Part shown: positions 18,701-27,310 of the stretch, in pieces
Position numbering within the stretch: position 1 is the first letter of the stretch
Layout: every line of letters starts with the position of its first letter
Virus record (IMG/VR): IMGVR_UViG_3300050821_002122
Coordinates: 96,001-160,000 of that record
Reading direction: 5' to 3' (one strand)
Source of the DNA: a virus
Length of the DNA: 64,000 bases
Translations under genes and position numbers: made by a program
Notes under the pieces: generated by a model
Seen by the model: only the letters and a program-made list of their open reading frames with translations
Told to the model about the DNA's origin: nothing
The model's database searches: none

Positions 18701-19119
18701 AGCTCGGTATCTCCTTCAAATTCGTCTGGGGTGGTAGCGATAAAGTTTCTAGCCGCAACACACAGTACCTCACGCTCTGGTGAATGGAACTTGACCTGAT
18801 CGTCCTCCCACAAGTTTGCCACTGAATTGAAGTACTCCTGCGGCAACGTCAGCATCAGGCTCACGTTGCTAGGTCTTCGCATGTTTTGCTTACCGCAGAC
18901 CTTCGTCACTTCGATGGTAACCTGCTTGTTCTCAAACATGTTACCGACAGCCTCATAGTTCAGCGTGTTACCGTGATCGCTAACGTAGAGGTGGTTGGTG
19001 CAATTTTCTTTCAGTAGGTCTTGGATGATATGTTTGTTGGTGATCAATTCCACAGCGCTAACGAACAGCGTCTTTACGCCACGCAAGCGCCCTTCGCATT
19101 CTACCCCGATCTTAGCCAT
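18697..19119 (-). CDS. Hypothetical protein, translationally coupled to glycosyltransferase
   Basis: IGVECEG..GVKTLFV..HLYV; ATGA overlap. Confidence 0.6.
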   Translation of the reverse strand: MAKIGVECEGRLRGVKTLFVSAVELITNKHIIQDLLKENCTNHLYVSDHGNTLNYEAVGNMFENKQVTIEVTKVCGKQNMRRPSNVSLMLTLPQEYFNSVANLWEDDQVKFHSPEREVLCVAARNFIATTPDEFEGDTEL

Positions 19120-19788
19120 TTAAGCCTCCACAGTAATATTGTCGTAGGTGACTGTCACCTTACCGGTGCAGATAGCCAGCAAGTCATTCATAAATTCCCT
19201 GCGGTTGTGACCAAATTGACCACCTCGGTTATTTGTCAAATGCCAACCGAGTACCTTATCGACATCGTTCACTGGCACAGTGACGGCTAGCGTACGGCCG
19301 CTCGGCTGCGTCCATGCCAGCGTGCGGTACTCGTCGTAGTCAGTTTCCTGTATGTCCTCAAACAGCCAGTATTTGTCGTTGTTCTCCCATAGCGATGCCT
19401 GACTAGGATAAATATCGTTAAGTAGTTTTTGTTTGGCTCTTGGTACCTGTACCAACTTACCGCATGCCATATCAACGCTATAGAACTTGGTGGCCTTATT
19501 ACGATATTTTGCGTTGACCATCTTGTGGTCCGCATGCCAATCTTTGCGACTCGGGACATAGACCTCGTGGTACCCATCAGGAATTTCGTAAGTATTGAAG
19601 TCAGCGAACTCCAAATCGAAACCAAAGGATGCACAGCACACCAGGGCTTCTGCCTTGCGTTCATCGGTCAACTCAAAAAAGTAGACGACCGACACAGTTA
19701 CTTCAGGGTCCAGTAAGACCGACCAGCAGCCGATGACCTCATCGTCTGCGTGCGGTGCTAAGATCAATACCGGCTGGCGCCTAATCAT
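19120..19788 (-). CDS. PIG-L/LmbE-family N-acetyl deacetylase
   Basis: ILAPHADDEVIGC, R.AEA, WHADH; start MIRRQ at 19788. Confidence 0.8.
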   Translation of the reverse strand: MIRRQPVLILAPHADDEVIGCWSVLLDPEVTVSVVYFFELTDERKAEALVCCASFGFDLEFADFNTYEIPDGYHEVYVPSRKDWHADHKMVNAKYRNKATKFYSVDMACGKLVQVPRAKQKLLNDIYPSQASLWENNDKYWLFEDIQETDYDEYRTLAWTQPSGRTLAVTVPVNDVDKVLGWHLTNNRGGQFGHNRREFMNDLLAICTGKVTVTYDNITVEA

Positions 19789-20371
19789 GATAGTACTCCG
19801 GCGATACTGGGATGTCGTAGTGGAAAATCGCAGCCCATACTTCTTCGTCGGACCAGTCGTAGATCGGGTAGCAGAAATTCTGACCAAATAAACCACTAGT
19901 TAGATACAGCGGGGTCTCCGTGCGTGAGACTTCTCTACCTTCGACGATCAGGCCAATGTCGCGGCCATCACGACGATCAGCCTCAGCGACGCGAGTACCA
20001 TCGATTTGCACTTTGTAACCAAGTCGAGGTAAGTTCTCACCATCCGGTACGTACAGAATTGGACGATTCAGGCTGTACAGAAATTCTTTAGTCAGCGGAT
20101 GGACCTCATTGCGAATACCGCTAGGCTTCGGAGTGTGGATAGTCATCACGCCGGGACCAAGTGCGCGGTCAGTGAGCCAGCGCACGAGGACCGAGTCTTT
20201 GCCGCCGCTGTGGCCAACGTAGACGACGCTTCCAATAATACGAAATGGCATACCGAAGATACGCTGACCGGCCTCTTCCACTAGCGTATGGATACTCGCT
20301 GTGGCGTCACACAGTTTATTACGATCCAGTGCCTGACGTTCGATGATGATATTTTGAATTCTGGAATCCAT
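19781..20371 (-). CDS. PP-loop (PAPS-reductase-like) nucleotidyltransferase
   Basis: VYVGHSGGKDS, IDGTRVAE..R, YPIYDWSDEEVW. Confidence 0.8.
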   Translation of the reverse strand: MDSRIQNIIIERQALDRNKLCDATASIHTLVEEAGQRIFGMPFRIIGSVVYVGHSGGKDSVLVRWLTDRALGPGVMTIHTPKPSGIRNEVHPLTKEFLYSLNRPILYVPDGENLPRLGYKVQIDGTRVAEADRRDGRDIGLIVEGREVSRTETPLYLTSGLFGQNFCYPIYDWSDEEVWAAIFHYDIPVSPEYYHD

Positions 20372-20372
20372 G

Positions 20373-21734
20373 TTATTTTCCTTTGAATAGTTTGCGGGTA
20401 GTGGTCTTCGGCTGCTGATTCTTAACAGGCTTTACACCGGTGTGATAGTAAAGCGTGCCCTTTACTACCGTGGTCTCTACACCTAGCTTACGAAGACCGT
20501 GATAGTAGTCACTCCAGAATGTATTTACTGGCTGACGTCCGGTGGCAGACCATCCCATTACTGCGTAGACTTCTTGCTTCGTCAGCGCCTTCTTGTCGAG
20601 CGCCTTCATGACGAGCGCGATCTTTGGGCTCTTTGTAGATGCACGCTCAAGGCGCTGACCGAATACATCGACTAACCGGGCACTTAGTTTCTTTTTGTAC
20701 TGCTCGGTATTGGTGATTTTCGCCAGACCTTGTGCTGTGTATTTAAGGACCTTATCGGCGTAACCTTTTTCGGTTACCAAGCGATGCAAACGCTCGGGTA
20801 CTTCTTTTGCCTTCAGCGTAGTCTTATCACCTATGATTTTCGTATAGGCTTCGTTGCAAGGCAGATTGAATATCGCCAAACCATAACGTGCGCTTTCTAG
20901 AATGGAGATGCCGTAACTCTCTGCCGTTGACGTGCCAATGGTGACATTTGCGTCCATTAGCGATTGCTCATAAGCTGCGTCGTCATAGGCAAAGGGACGC
21001 TGCTCGGTGACCGCAGCCAGGCTCTTTGGTACTATTTTCTTGATCTCGTCGGATGTCAAGGACGACAGCAAAATGATCTTAATTGGCACCTTTGGGTACC
21101 GTGTGTGGAAGTCTTCTATTATGCCAAAGAACGCCTTTGGATTCTTTGCAGCATTCAGGCGGTGATTCCACAAGAATGTCAAGGTTTTGAAATTCTTCTT
21201 GATGTCCTTGGGCGGCTCAAACTTGTACAGGTCTGGAGGAGGCAAGACCAACATTTTAGATTCCACTACCTTGAGGGCATTCTTAGACCACAGCTTCGGC
21301 AATTCGATATTCATCAGAGTATCGCGCAGTACAGGCGACACCATGATAACATCAGAAACAAGCATTGAGGCAAATATATCCAGCATATGGGCTTTATTCT
21401 TTTGCCACCGCGTGTCCAGCAAATCCATCCCGTAGTGCCCGTGCGCTATACGCATCACCTTCAAGAAGTCTTGGAAATAAGCACCATGGTTACCAGAGAA
21501 GTTCAGTAGCTCGTTGAAGCTCAATGCATCTTCGGCGTAGAAGAAATCCGAATCGCAGTTCCAGAAGTCTATGGTTTCGTATGCCTGTCGCGTGTTCATA
21601 ACCGAACGCGGATTAAACAACGTCAGCCGTGTGTTGTCGTATAGTTTGTTGGCGAGAACGCGGTAGTGAGGAACGAATTTGTTCTTGTTGGCATTCGTTT
21701 CCTCAATGCCGAATATATTCAGAGTAGGCTTCAT
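20373..21734 (-). CDS. GT-B glycosyltransferase with basic C-terminal domain
   Basis: FLWNHRLNAAKNPKAFF, ESYGISILESARYG. Confidence 0.85.
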   Translation of the reverse strand: MKPTLNIFGIEETNANKNKFVPHYRVLANKLYDNTRLTLFNPRSVMNTRQAYETIDFWNCDSDFFYAEDALSFNELLNFSGNHGAYFQDFLKVMRIAHGHYGMDLLDTRWQKNKAHMLDIFASMLVSDVIMVSPVLRDTLMNIELPKLWSKNALKVVESKMLVLPPPDLYKFEPPKDIKKNFKTLTFLWNHRLNAAKNPKAFFGIIEDFHTRYPKVPIKIILLSSLTSDEIKKIVPKSLAAVTEQRPFAYDDAAYEQSLMDANVTIGTSTAESYGISILESARYGLAIFNLPCNEAYTKIIGDKTTLKAKEVPERLHRLVTEKGYADKVLKYTAQGLAKITNTEQYKKKLSARLVDVFGQRLERASTKSPKIALVMKALDKKALTKQEVYAVMGWSATGRQPVNTFWSDYYHGLRKLGVETTVVKGTLYYHTGVKPVKNQQPKTTTRKLFKGK

Positions 21735-21787
21735 TATGCGTCCAAGGCAAAAGCCCTGACCTGATGGTGCAGGCCAAGGCTCGTGGT

Positions 21788-22249
21788 TTAAATAGTTTGA
21801 ACTGGTATTGCCTTGACATACTCCAGCGTCGCACCGTTGATGTTGTCCTCCAGTACCGAGACTTTGATATCACGCCCCTTGTATTTGTCGGCGATGCGGC
21901 CAATCAACGACTCAGCAAGCATCTCGCACGATTGACTGTTCAACTTCATGACGCCTTGATCGTAGAGGCGCTGGCACCAACGGCTGAATTGGATAAATTC
22001 GATATCGCGGTCATTTTGGAAAACTTCGACAGTGACCTTGAACGTGAAGTAGTGGAAGTGAGGTGACGCCAAGAAAGAAACGTCATCCCATTCTCCGGTT
22101 GCCAGATTTGGATCGGTAGCCGCAGCAGGATAGCAGTGTACGCCTTCCTTGACGAACTCAACATGAATCCATCGTTTCATAAGCGGCTGGCTTACAAAGT
22201 CCACACCTTTGCTATCGGGTATGGAGGTCTTTTGATTTGGTTTGAACAT
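21788..22249 (-). CDS. Second T-fold (QueD-paralog, DpdL-like?) protein
   Basis: PHFH (HxH), RDIEF, SCEMLAE, VSVLEDNINGA; adjacent to queD. Confidence 0.6.
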   Translation of the reverse strand: MFKPNQKTSIPDSKGVDFVSQPLMKRWIHVEFVKEGVHCYPAAATDPNLATGEWDDVSFLASPHFHYFTFKVTVEVFQNDRDIEFIQFSRWCQRLYDQGVMKLNSQSCEMLAESLIGRIADKYKGRDIKVSVLEDNINGATLEYVKAIPVQTI

Positions 22250-22250
22250 T

Positions 22251-22697
22251 CTATTCTCCGAGGTAGATTGCGCTGTTGCTGCCGTGTTCCGAAACCTGTG
22301 CCGATACGAGACGCACTCGCGGCGCATGACCACTGCCTTGTAACCACTGGTTGGCTATGTCGTAGGCCATACGAGCGAATGCCTCGCAGCCGACTGCCTC
22401 GACTACCAGCAGGTCCAAGATGCCCTCTTGGCACATAGCCTTAAATTGGTCAAGCTTAGGATCGTCCTTTGCGACCAGCGTCTTGTGATCGAAGTGACTA
22501 CGATAGATAGCCTCCACTTCCTTCAGTGCGCCGAAATCGACAACCCAATTGCGTTCGTCCAATTCGGTGGCCTCGAAGACCAACTCAATGGCGATAGCGT
22601 AACCATGTACACGGGCACAATGCGATGCTGCCCGCCATTGCCTGAATGCGCAACTGAGGCCTCGCTCATGGCCCCATTTCTTGGTAGATCGAAACAT
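22251..22697 (-). CDS. queD: 6-carboxy-5,6,7,8-tetrahydropterin synthase
   Basis: SHCARVHGY, WVVDFG, FDHKTL, GCEAFA, VSEH. Confidence 0.9.
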   Translation of the reverse strand: MFRSTKKWGHERGLSCAFRQWRAASHCARVHGYAIAIELVFEATELDERNWVVDFGALKEVEAIYRSHFDHKTLVAKDDPKLDQFKAMCQEGILDLLVVEAVGCEAFARMAYDIANQWLQGSGHAPRVRLVSAQVSEHGSNSAIYLGE

Positions 22698-22716
22698 GTT
22701 TGCTCCTTAAAATCAG

Positions 22717-22724
22717 TATTTACT
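22717..22724 (-). promoter_or_regulatory. Candidate phage promoter AGTAAATA
   Basis: ~20 nt upstream of queD ATG. Confidence 0.6.
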
Positions 22725-22914
22725 ACCCGAGCGTATGTGACTCTGGGTCACTACGTGCTGCGCGCATATGGGTGTCGCCGCAGTTCGCGCAAGGTATCCG
22801 TGCAACGATCTGAAGAATCGTGATGTCGAATTTTGCATGACTGCGATATATGTGACCGCATTTGCATTCGACGGTGTATTCTGGGTATTGGTCTAGGTTG
22901 GTCCAGTCAATCAT
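22723..22914 (-). CDS. Small zinc-ribbon protein
   Basis: CKC..CANC; start MIDWT at 22914. Confidence 0.5.
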   Translation of the reverse strand: MIDWTNLDQYPEYTVECKCGHIYRSHAKFDITILQIVARIPCANCGDTHMRAARSDPESHTLG

Positions 22915-23437
22915 GATTTCTCCCTGCAGGTTTAGGTAAATATCCCTTCTTATGAAAGATAGTTTTTGCAGCAAAATACGCTGCGCTTGCAGCTTTGGCA
23001 GTGTCAAACCTACCAAGATAGTAATATTTACCGTTGAGACCGATTCGTGACATGAATACCCCATTCAGTTTCGTTACACCAAGCAGACCTGTCTTATTAC
23101 GCCTATGGGCAATTACCTGATTCTGTTGATTCACAGAATTAGTAGTTGCCCTAAGGTTGGACCAACTATTATTTTGCTTATTTCTGTCTTTATGGTCTAC
23201 CATATTTTCAGGGTAGCAACCTCTGACGAATAAATAGGCTAACCTATGAGCTTTATACGCCAATCCATGAATACGAATAACGACATAGCCTTTAGCCAAA
23301 GTACCCGCCGTAGTACCTTGTTTAGCTCTGGTAGCTATCGTTATTCGCCACGTAAAAGAGCCCGTAAGTTTGTCATAACGTAAAAGCGACATAAGCTCTC
23401 GGCGAGACAACTCATTTTTCTTTTTGAGTTTTGGCAT
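22907..23437 (-). CDS. Free-standing HNH-AP2 homing endonuclease
   Basis: YD..TG.FTW, YKAHRLAY, VDHKDRNKQNN..SNLR, G..GV..YLGRFDTAKAASAAY; visibly AT-rich. Confidence 0.9.
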   Translation of the reverse strand: MPKLKKKNELSRRELMSLLRYDKLTGSFTWRITIATRAKQGTTAGTLAKGYVVIRIHGLAYKAHRLAYLFVRGCYPENMVDHKDRNKQNNSWSNLRATTNSVNQQNQVIAHRRNKTGLLGVTKLNGVFMSRIGLNGKYYYLGRFDTAKAASAAYFAAKTIFHKKGYLPKPAGRNHD

Positions 23438-24416
23438 AGCTTATTGATTTTTCAAGTAGGCGCACGACTGCATCGGGTAATTTCTTGCCAGTCATGTGGA
23501 AGGCAAATACTTCTGCGAATAATTCCTTAACGTTTTTAGTACTATACTCAGATATAACCGGAGCAAGTTCTTTGCGGGGGATATTACGAACTGGCCAAAC
23601 CTTCGCGACTTCATCTTTGAAGCCAGCTTCAAAAAGGGTATCGAGGTCCTTGATGGATAGAGCACTAACTGTAGAGATAGTGCGAATAATCCACTTGAAG
23701 GCGAGTGCTTCTTCTTCATCGAGGTCGCGCTTGAAGTCAGAAGGTACTGCATCTTGGTCCAACAGACGTTCCAACAATTGTTTGGATAAATCCTTCCTGA
23801 CGGATACAACCTTAATCGAGGTATTAAATAATTTTAACCAGTATGCATTCAACTTTTTGGATTTGATAAATTCTAAATGTAGATGATGCCCGAGTTCATG
23901 CAGCAACACGTATGCGTACTCGGTAGCCGGAACTGACTCAGGTCGGAATTGAATACGAACAGGCACCTTTTCGTTTCTCGAAGAGATATAGCACCCTGCA
24001 TATTTCTCGCCGTTGAAGCGCTGCACTTCCCACATGATGTCTTGCAGCAGAAAGCCAAGACCGTGTTTGTCGAGCCGCTTCGATACCTTGCTCATGCTGA
24101 TCCACAGGTCTTTAACAATCTCCTTTTCCGGCTTGTAGAAGAAATGGATCGGACCGAAGTCATCATGGTCCTTACGAGCGCGGAACAGATTGGTGACGTC
24201 TGCACCGTAGACTTTGCCCGGGTGCGGCGTTGGTCCCAGCACAACCACCACGTCCTTCACATCAACAGTCATCGTATGACGCAGACCCTGGATGTGGCAC
24301 TTGTCTTCCAATACAGCTTCTACTGTATTACCGTGCTGGTTGCTCAGTGCCTTGGCAAGGTAGTCTTTGCCCTGTTCCCGAGCTGCCACAAAGTAATCGC
24401 CCTTTGCTAGTTTCAT
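23412..24416 (-). CDS. Zincin-like metallopeptidase-domain protein
   Basis: LLHELGHHLH and downstream YSTKNVKELFAE. Confidence 0.65.
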   Translation of the reverse strand: MKLAKGDYFVAAREQGKDYLAKALSNQHGNTVEAVLEDKCHIQGLRHTMTVDVKDVVVVLGPTPHPGKVYGADVTNLFRARKDHDDFGPIHFFYKPEKEIVKDLWISMSKVSKRLDKHGLGFLLQDIMWEVQRFNGEKYAGCYISSRNEKVPVRIQFRPESVPATEYAYVLLHELGHHLHLEFIKSKKLNAYWLKLFNTSIKVVSVRKDLSKQLLERLLDQDAVPSDFKRDLDEEEALAFKWIIRTISTVSALSIKDLDTLFEAGFKDEVAKVWPVRNIPRKELAPVISEYSTKNVKELFAEVFAFHMTGKKLPDAVVRLLEKSISYAKTQKEK

Positions 24417-24434
24417 ACCGATCTCCCTAAGGGA

Positions 24435-24467
24435 AAGCCCGACAGAAGCAACGCTCCAGTCGGGCTT
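24435..24467. terminator. Intergenic hairpin, possible terminator
   Basis: AAGCCCGAC/GTCGGGCTT. Confidence 0.55.
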
Positions 24468-24471
24468 CTTT

Positions 24472-25512
24472 TTACTGTTGAGCCACTACCACCGTGGCAG
24501 GTTGTACTTGCTGCGATGCCATCACGACAGTCGTATCCTGCACTGCTGGTATTGGCGGCGCTACCGTAGCGTTGATTACGATGGGTACGCTCTGAGATAC
24601 CACTGCATCGACAGCGGTAGTCACTGCAGGTACGTAAGTGGCAGCAGTGGTATTAAACAGCGGGATACCACCCACGCTACCAATGATCTGAGCGGCCTGC
24701 ACATCGTGCACTGCGACAGCTTCGACCGCGTTGTCGGCTTTTGCCATCGCGATTTGTGCGTCGGTTGTGAAGATGACCTGGTAGAACGTTTGACCACCGC
24801 GAACCATCGGGTATACACCCAAGAACGTATCCCAGTCGATGTCCAACGTGCCGTCTTTCGAATTGACCCGGAAGGCGTAGACCACGTTGGTCTCGATGTT
24901 GGCCGGCGTGAACGATGCAGTCAGGCTGTCCATCGTGATGCCGAATGCAGGGCGGAACAACAGCGTGTGCTGGATTTTCTTTTCGGAAACCAGGGGTGCC
25001 TGCACGTAGCCTTCGATAGCCGCCGAAAGAGCGTGTGCCGAGATGACGACTGGCAGACCTGTAGCTTCCGAGTAGAAGTCGATCATGTTGCCGGTGCCAG
25101 TATCTTCTTGCAGACCCGTAGCGAAGGGGCTGTCGTCATCGGAGAGGATCGTCTCTTTCATCTCGTCCGGTGCGTCATCGTCAGCAACCAGCAAATCATC
25201 GCCGTCGTCTTCGCCGCCGCCACCCAGATCGAAGGTTTCTTCTTTCGGCAACTGCAACAGATTTTGCAGACGGGTTTCCAGTTCTGGATCGACATTGAAG
25301 AATTTGCACTTGGCAAGGAATGCCTCGATGCTCACTGCCATGATGTTGTCGTTCTCGTCCGCGTAGACGACGACCGGAGGATACTCTTTGTGATACGTGG
25401 TAGGCAGAGATTCGTTTGCGACGAAGAGGAAGCGACGTTGTTTGCCGTTGTCGCGGGTCCAGATGGAACCAGGCGTCATCATTTCGAGGTCTGCGATGTC
25501 AGGTTTTTTCAT
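24472..25512 (-). CDS. Hypothetical protein (acidic linker, A/V/T/Q-rich tail)
   Basis: 346 aa ORF, biased codon usage. Confidence 0.65.
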   Translation of the reverse strand: MKKPDIADLEMMTPGSIWTRDNGKQRRFLFVANESLPTTYHKEYPPVVVYADENDNIMAVSIEAFLAKCKFFNVDPELETRLQNLLQLPKEETFDLGGGGEDDGDDLLVADDDAPDEMKETILSDDDSPFATGLQEDTGTGNMIDFYSEATGLPVVISAHALSAAIEGYVQAPLVSEKKIQHTLLFRPAFGITMDSLTASFTPANIETNVVYAFRVNSKDGTLDIDWDTFLGVYPMVRGGQTFYQVIFTTDAQIAMAKADNAVEAVAVHDVQAAQIIGSVGGIPLFNTTAATYVPAVTTAVDAVVSQSVPIVINATVAPPIPAVQDTTVVMASQQVQPATVVVAQQ

Positions 25513-25568
25513 TTCAAGAATCCTTGTTAGAGTAATGGTCGGCCGACCAGGTTTGTGTGATACGTGCT

Positions 25569-25859
25569 TTATTTACTACTGTCGATATTGAAAGAAGACT
25601 TGACGGTGTTGATGAGTATCAGGTCTTTGGTCCTGCATTTGTCGTACAAAGTGATGATAGTGTTGAGGTAATTCAGTGTCTCAAGTTGAGAGTATGGTTT
25701 GTCTTCCATCAGCGGAATGAAAGGGCACTCAGCTACCACACTTTGTGGAATATTTCCTTTTGTCGTAGGCGGAACAAGCACTACGTCGTCTAAAGGTTTG
25801 CGTACCGGCACCTGAGTGCATGCACTCAGCAGAAGAAGCGAGGCGAAGAAAGCTTTCAT
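25569..25859 (-). CDS. o-spanin lipoprotein (Rz1-like)
   Basis: Signal with lipobox LSAC, Pro-rich; 4 nt overlap with upstream TM gene. Confidence 0.75.
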   Translation of the reverse strand: MKAFFASLLLLSACTQVPVRKPLDDVVLVPPTTKGNIPQSVVAECPFIPLMEDKPYSQLETLNYLNTIITLYDKCRTKDLILINTVKSSFNIDSSK

Positions 25860-26302
25860 TTCGGTTCCCCTTGAGTTTTGATCAGGTTGTTGATTGCCCC
25901 AACCGTCTTCTCATCCAGTGCGCAGGTAGCGGTCTGTGGTGGCGCCGTGTTCTTGATGTATTGATCGATTACTGTATTGCGCTGTGTCTCTTTTGCAGTC
26001 TCTGCCTGTGCTGTGGCGATAGCCTGCTCCGAAACCTGACCTTCCAACTCATGCAACCTGTCGTTGCGGGCAGCAGTATCATCGTTGATCTTTTTTGTCA
26101 GAGTATCGACCTTTAACTGTAGAGCATCGACGATTGGTTTCTGAACCGCCACCTCGTCTGTGACACCATCCTTGTGTCCACTGGAATAACCAGTGTGATG
26201 CCCTGCAGAATATATGGCAGTCACAAGTAGCAGCAGAGCGAAGCCCACAATGAGGTCCTTACCTAGCGGCGTACCGAAAAATAGCTTTATTGCTGTGAAC
26301 AT
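25856..26302 (-). CDS. i-spanin (Rz-like)
   Basis: N-terminal TM helix then coiled coil, C-terminal Cys. Confidence 0.75.
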   Translation of the reverse strand: MFTAIKLFFGTPLGKDLIVGFALLLLVTAIYSAGHHTGYSSGHKDGVTDEVAVQKPIVDALQLKVDTLTKKINDDTAARNDRLHELEGQVSEQAIATAQAETAKETQRNTVIDQYIKNTAPPQTATCALDEKTVGAINNLIKTQGEPK

Positions 26303-26311
26303 GATAGGTCC

Positions 26312-27310
26312 TTAGAAGTACTTCGATTTAATTTTGGCGAGAATCCATTCTGGACAGCTACCTGGGTCCCACAAACTAACGCCTGCTTCTTTTGCTGCCT
26401 TGCTCGGTTCTGCTTCGTCAGCGAATGGAATGTAGGGGCTACCCTTTATCTTCCACAAGCGCAGGACCTTGACATCGAACATTTGCTTCAGCGACTCGTT
26501 CAGTTTCGTGGTACAAGCTATACCTGCGCAATCGCCGTCCATGAGCAACACAACTATCTTGGCACCACTAAGCTCAAGTATTTTTGTCTTCGTTGCGGTC
26601 CAACTTTGAGTACCCAAGATACACATCGCAGGTATTCCGTAGGCCAACAAACGCAGCGCATCGCGGGGACCTTCTACCAAGACTATAGTACGCGACTTCA
26701 TTTTGCGCATCATCTGGACGGAATAGTCATACGGGAACAGCCCATGTGTCTTGGACCATACGCCCTTGGAATTGATGTAAGACGAATACTCAGCATGCTT
26801 TTTCAAGCGTGCTTTTATGTAACCCTTGAGATTACCATTGACATAAACTGGTAGCCAAATCTTCTTGACCTGCCACCCGTAGTCTGGATGGTTGACCTTA
26901 CAAAACTTGGCGCCCAACGCAATCAACAGATTCGTAGGTATCTCTCTCCACCGTTTATTTGCCGGCAGCTTGCTATAAACAATCTCTTCGTCTTGGATTT
27001 CGTCTTCGTTTGCTAATGACATGACGGCCGTATTGGCAAACTCATCCTGCGGCTTCGATGGACCGAAGGGTTTCAGACCAAGCAAGGGAGATACCTTATT
27101 CCAAGTTGCAGTTTCGCCACACCCGTAACATTTGAAATAAGGACTGACCAAATGAGGTCCGTGGTAGATACGACCACTTGGGGTCTTCTCTGCGTGGAAG
27201 GGACAAAGCACGAATGTCGAATCGGGTATCTTCTTTGTCTCGCCGCTGTACTGCGCAAGCTGATCGAGTACGAACTGCCGCTTGCTGTCTGTACCAACAT
27301 AATCGTTCAT
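26312..27310 (-). CDS. dnaG: DNA primase (CHC2 zinc finger + TOPRIM)
   Basis: CPFHAEKTPS..CYGC, LVEGPRDA, MDGDCAG. Confidence 0.9.
   Translation of the reverse strand: MNDYVGTDSKRQFVLDQLAQYSGETKKIPDSTFVLCPFHAEKTPSGRIYHGPHLVSPYFKCYGCGETATWNKVSPLLGLKPFGPSKPQDEFANTAVMSLANEDEIQDEEIVYSKLPANKRWREIPTNLLIALGAKFCKVNHPDYGWQVKKIWLPVYVNGNLKGYIKARLKKHAEYSSYINSKGVWSKTHGLFPYDYSVQMMRKMKSRTIVLVEGPRDALRLLAYGIPAMCILGTQSWTATKTKILELSGAKIVVLLMDGDCAGIACTTKLNESLKQMFDVKVLRLWKIKGSPYIPFADEAEPSKAAKEAGVSLWDPGSCPEWILAKIKSKYF

Noticed and set aside
19781-20371. QueC call for the PP-loop protein
   Set aside because: Lacks QueC C-terminal zinc Cys motif; has PAPS-reductase-like G.R and PI.DW motifs
24478-25530. 350 aa plus-strand ORF
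   Set aside because: Antisense shadow of the codon-biased minus-strand gene; no RBS or motifs
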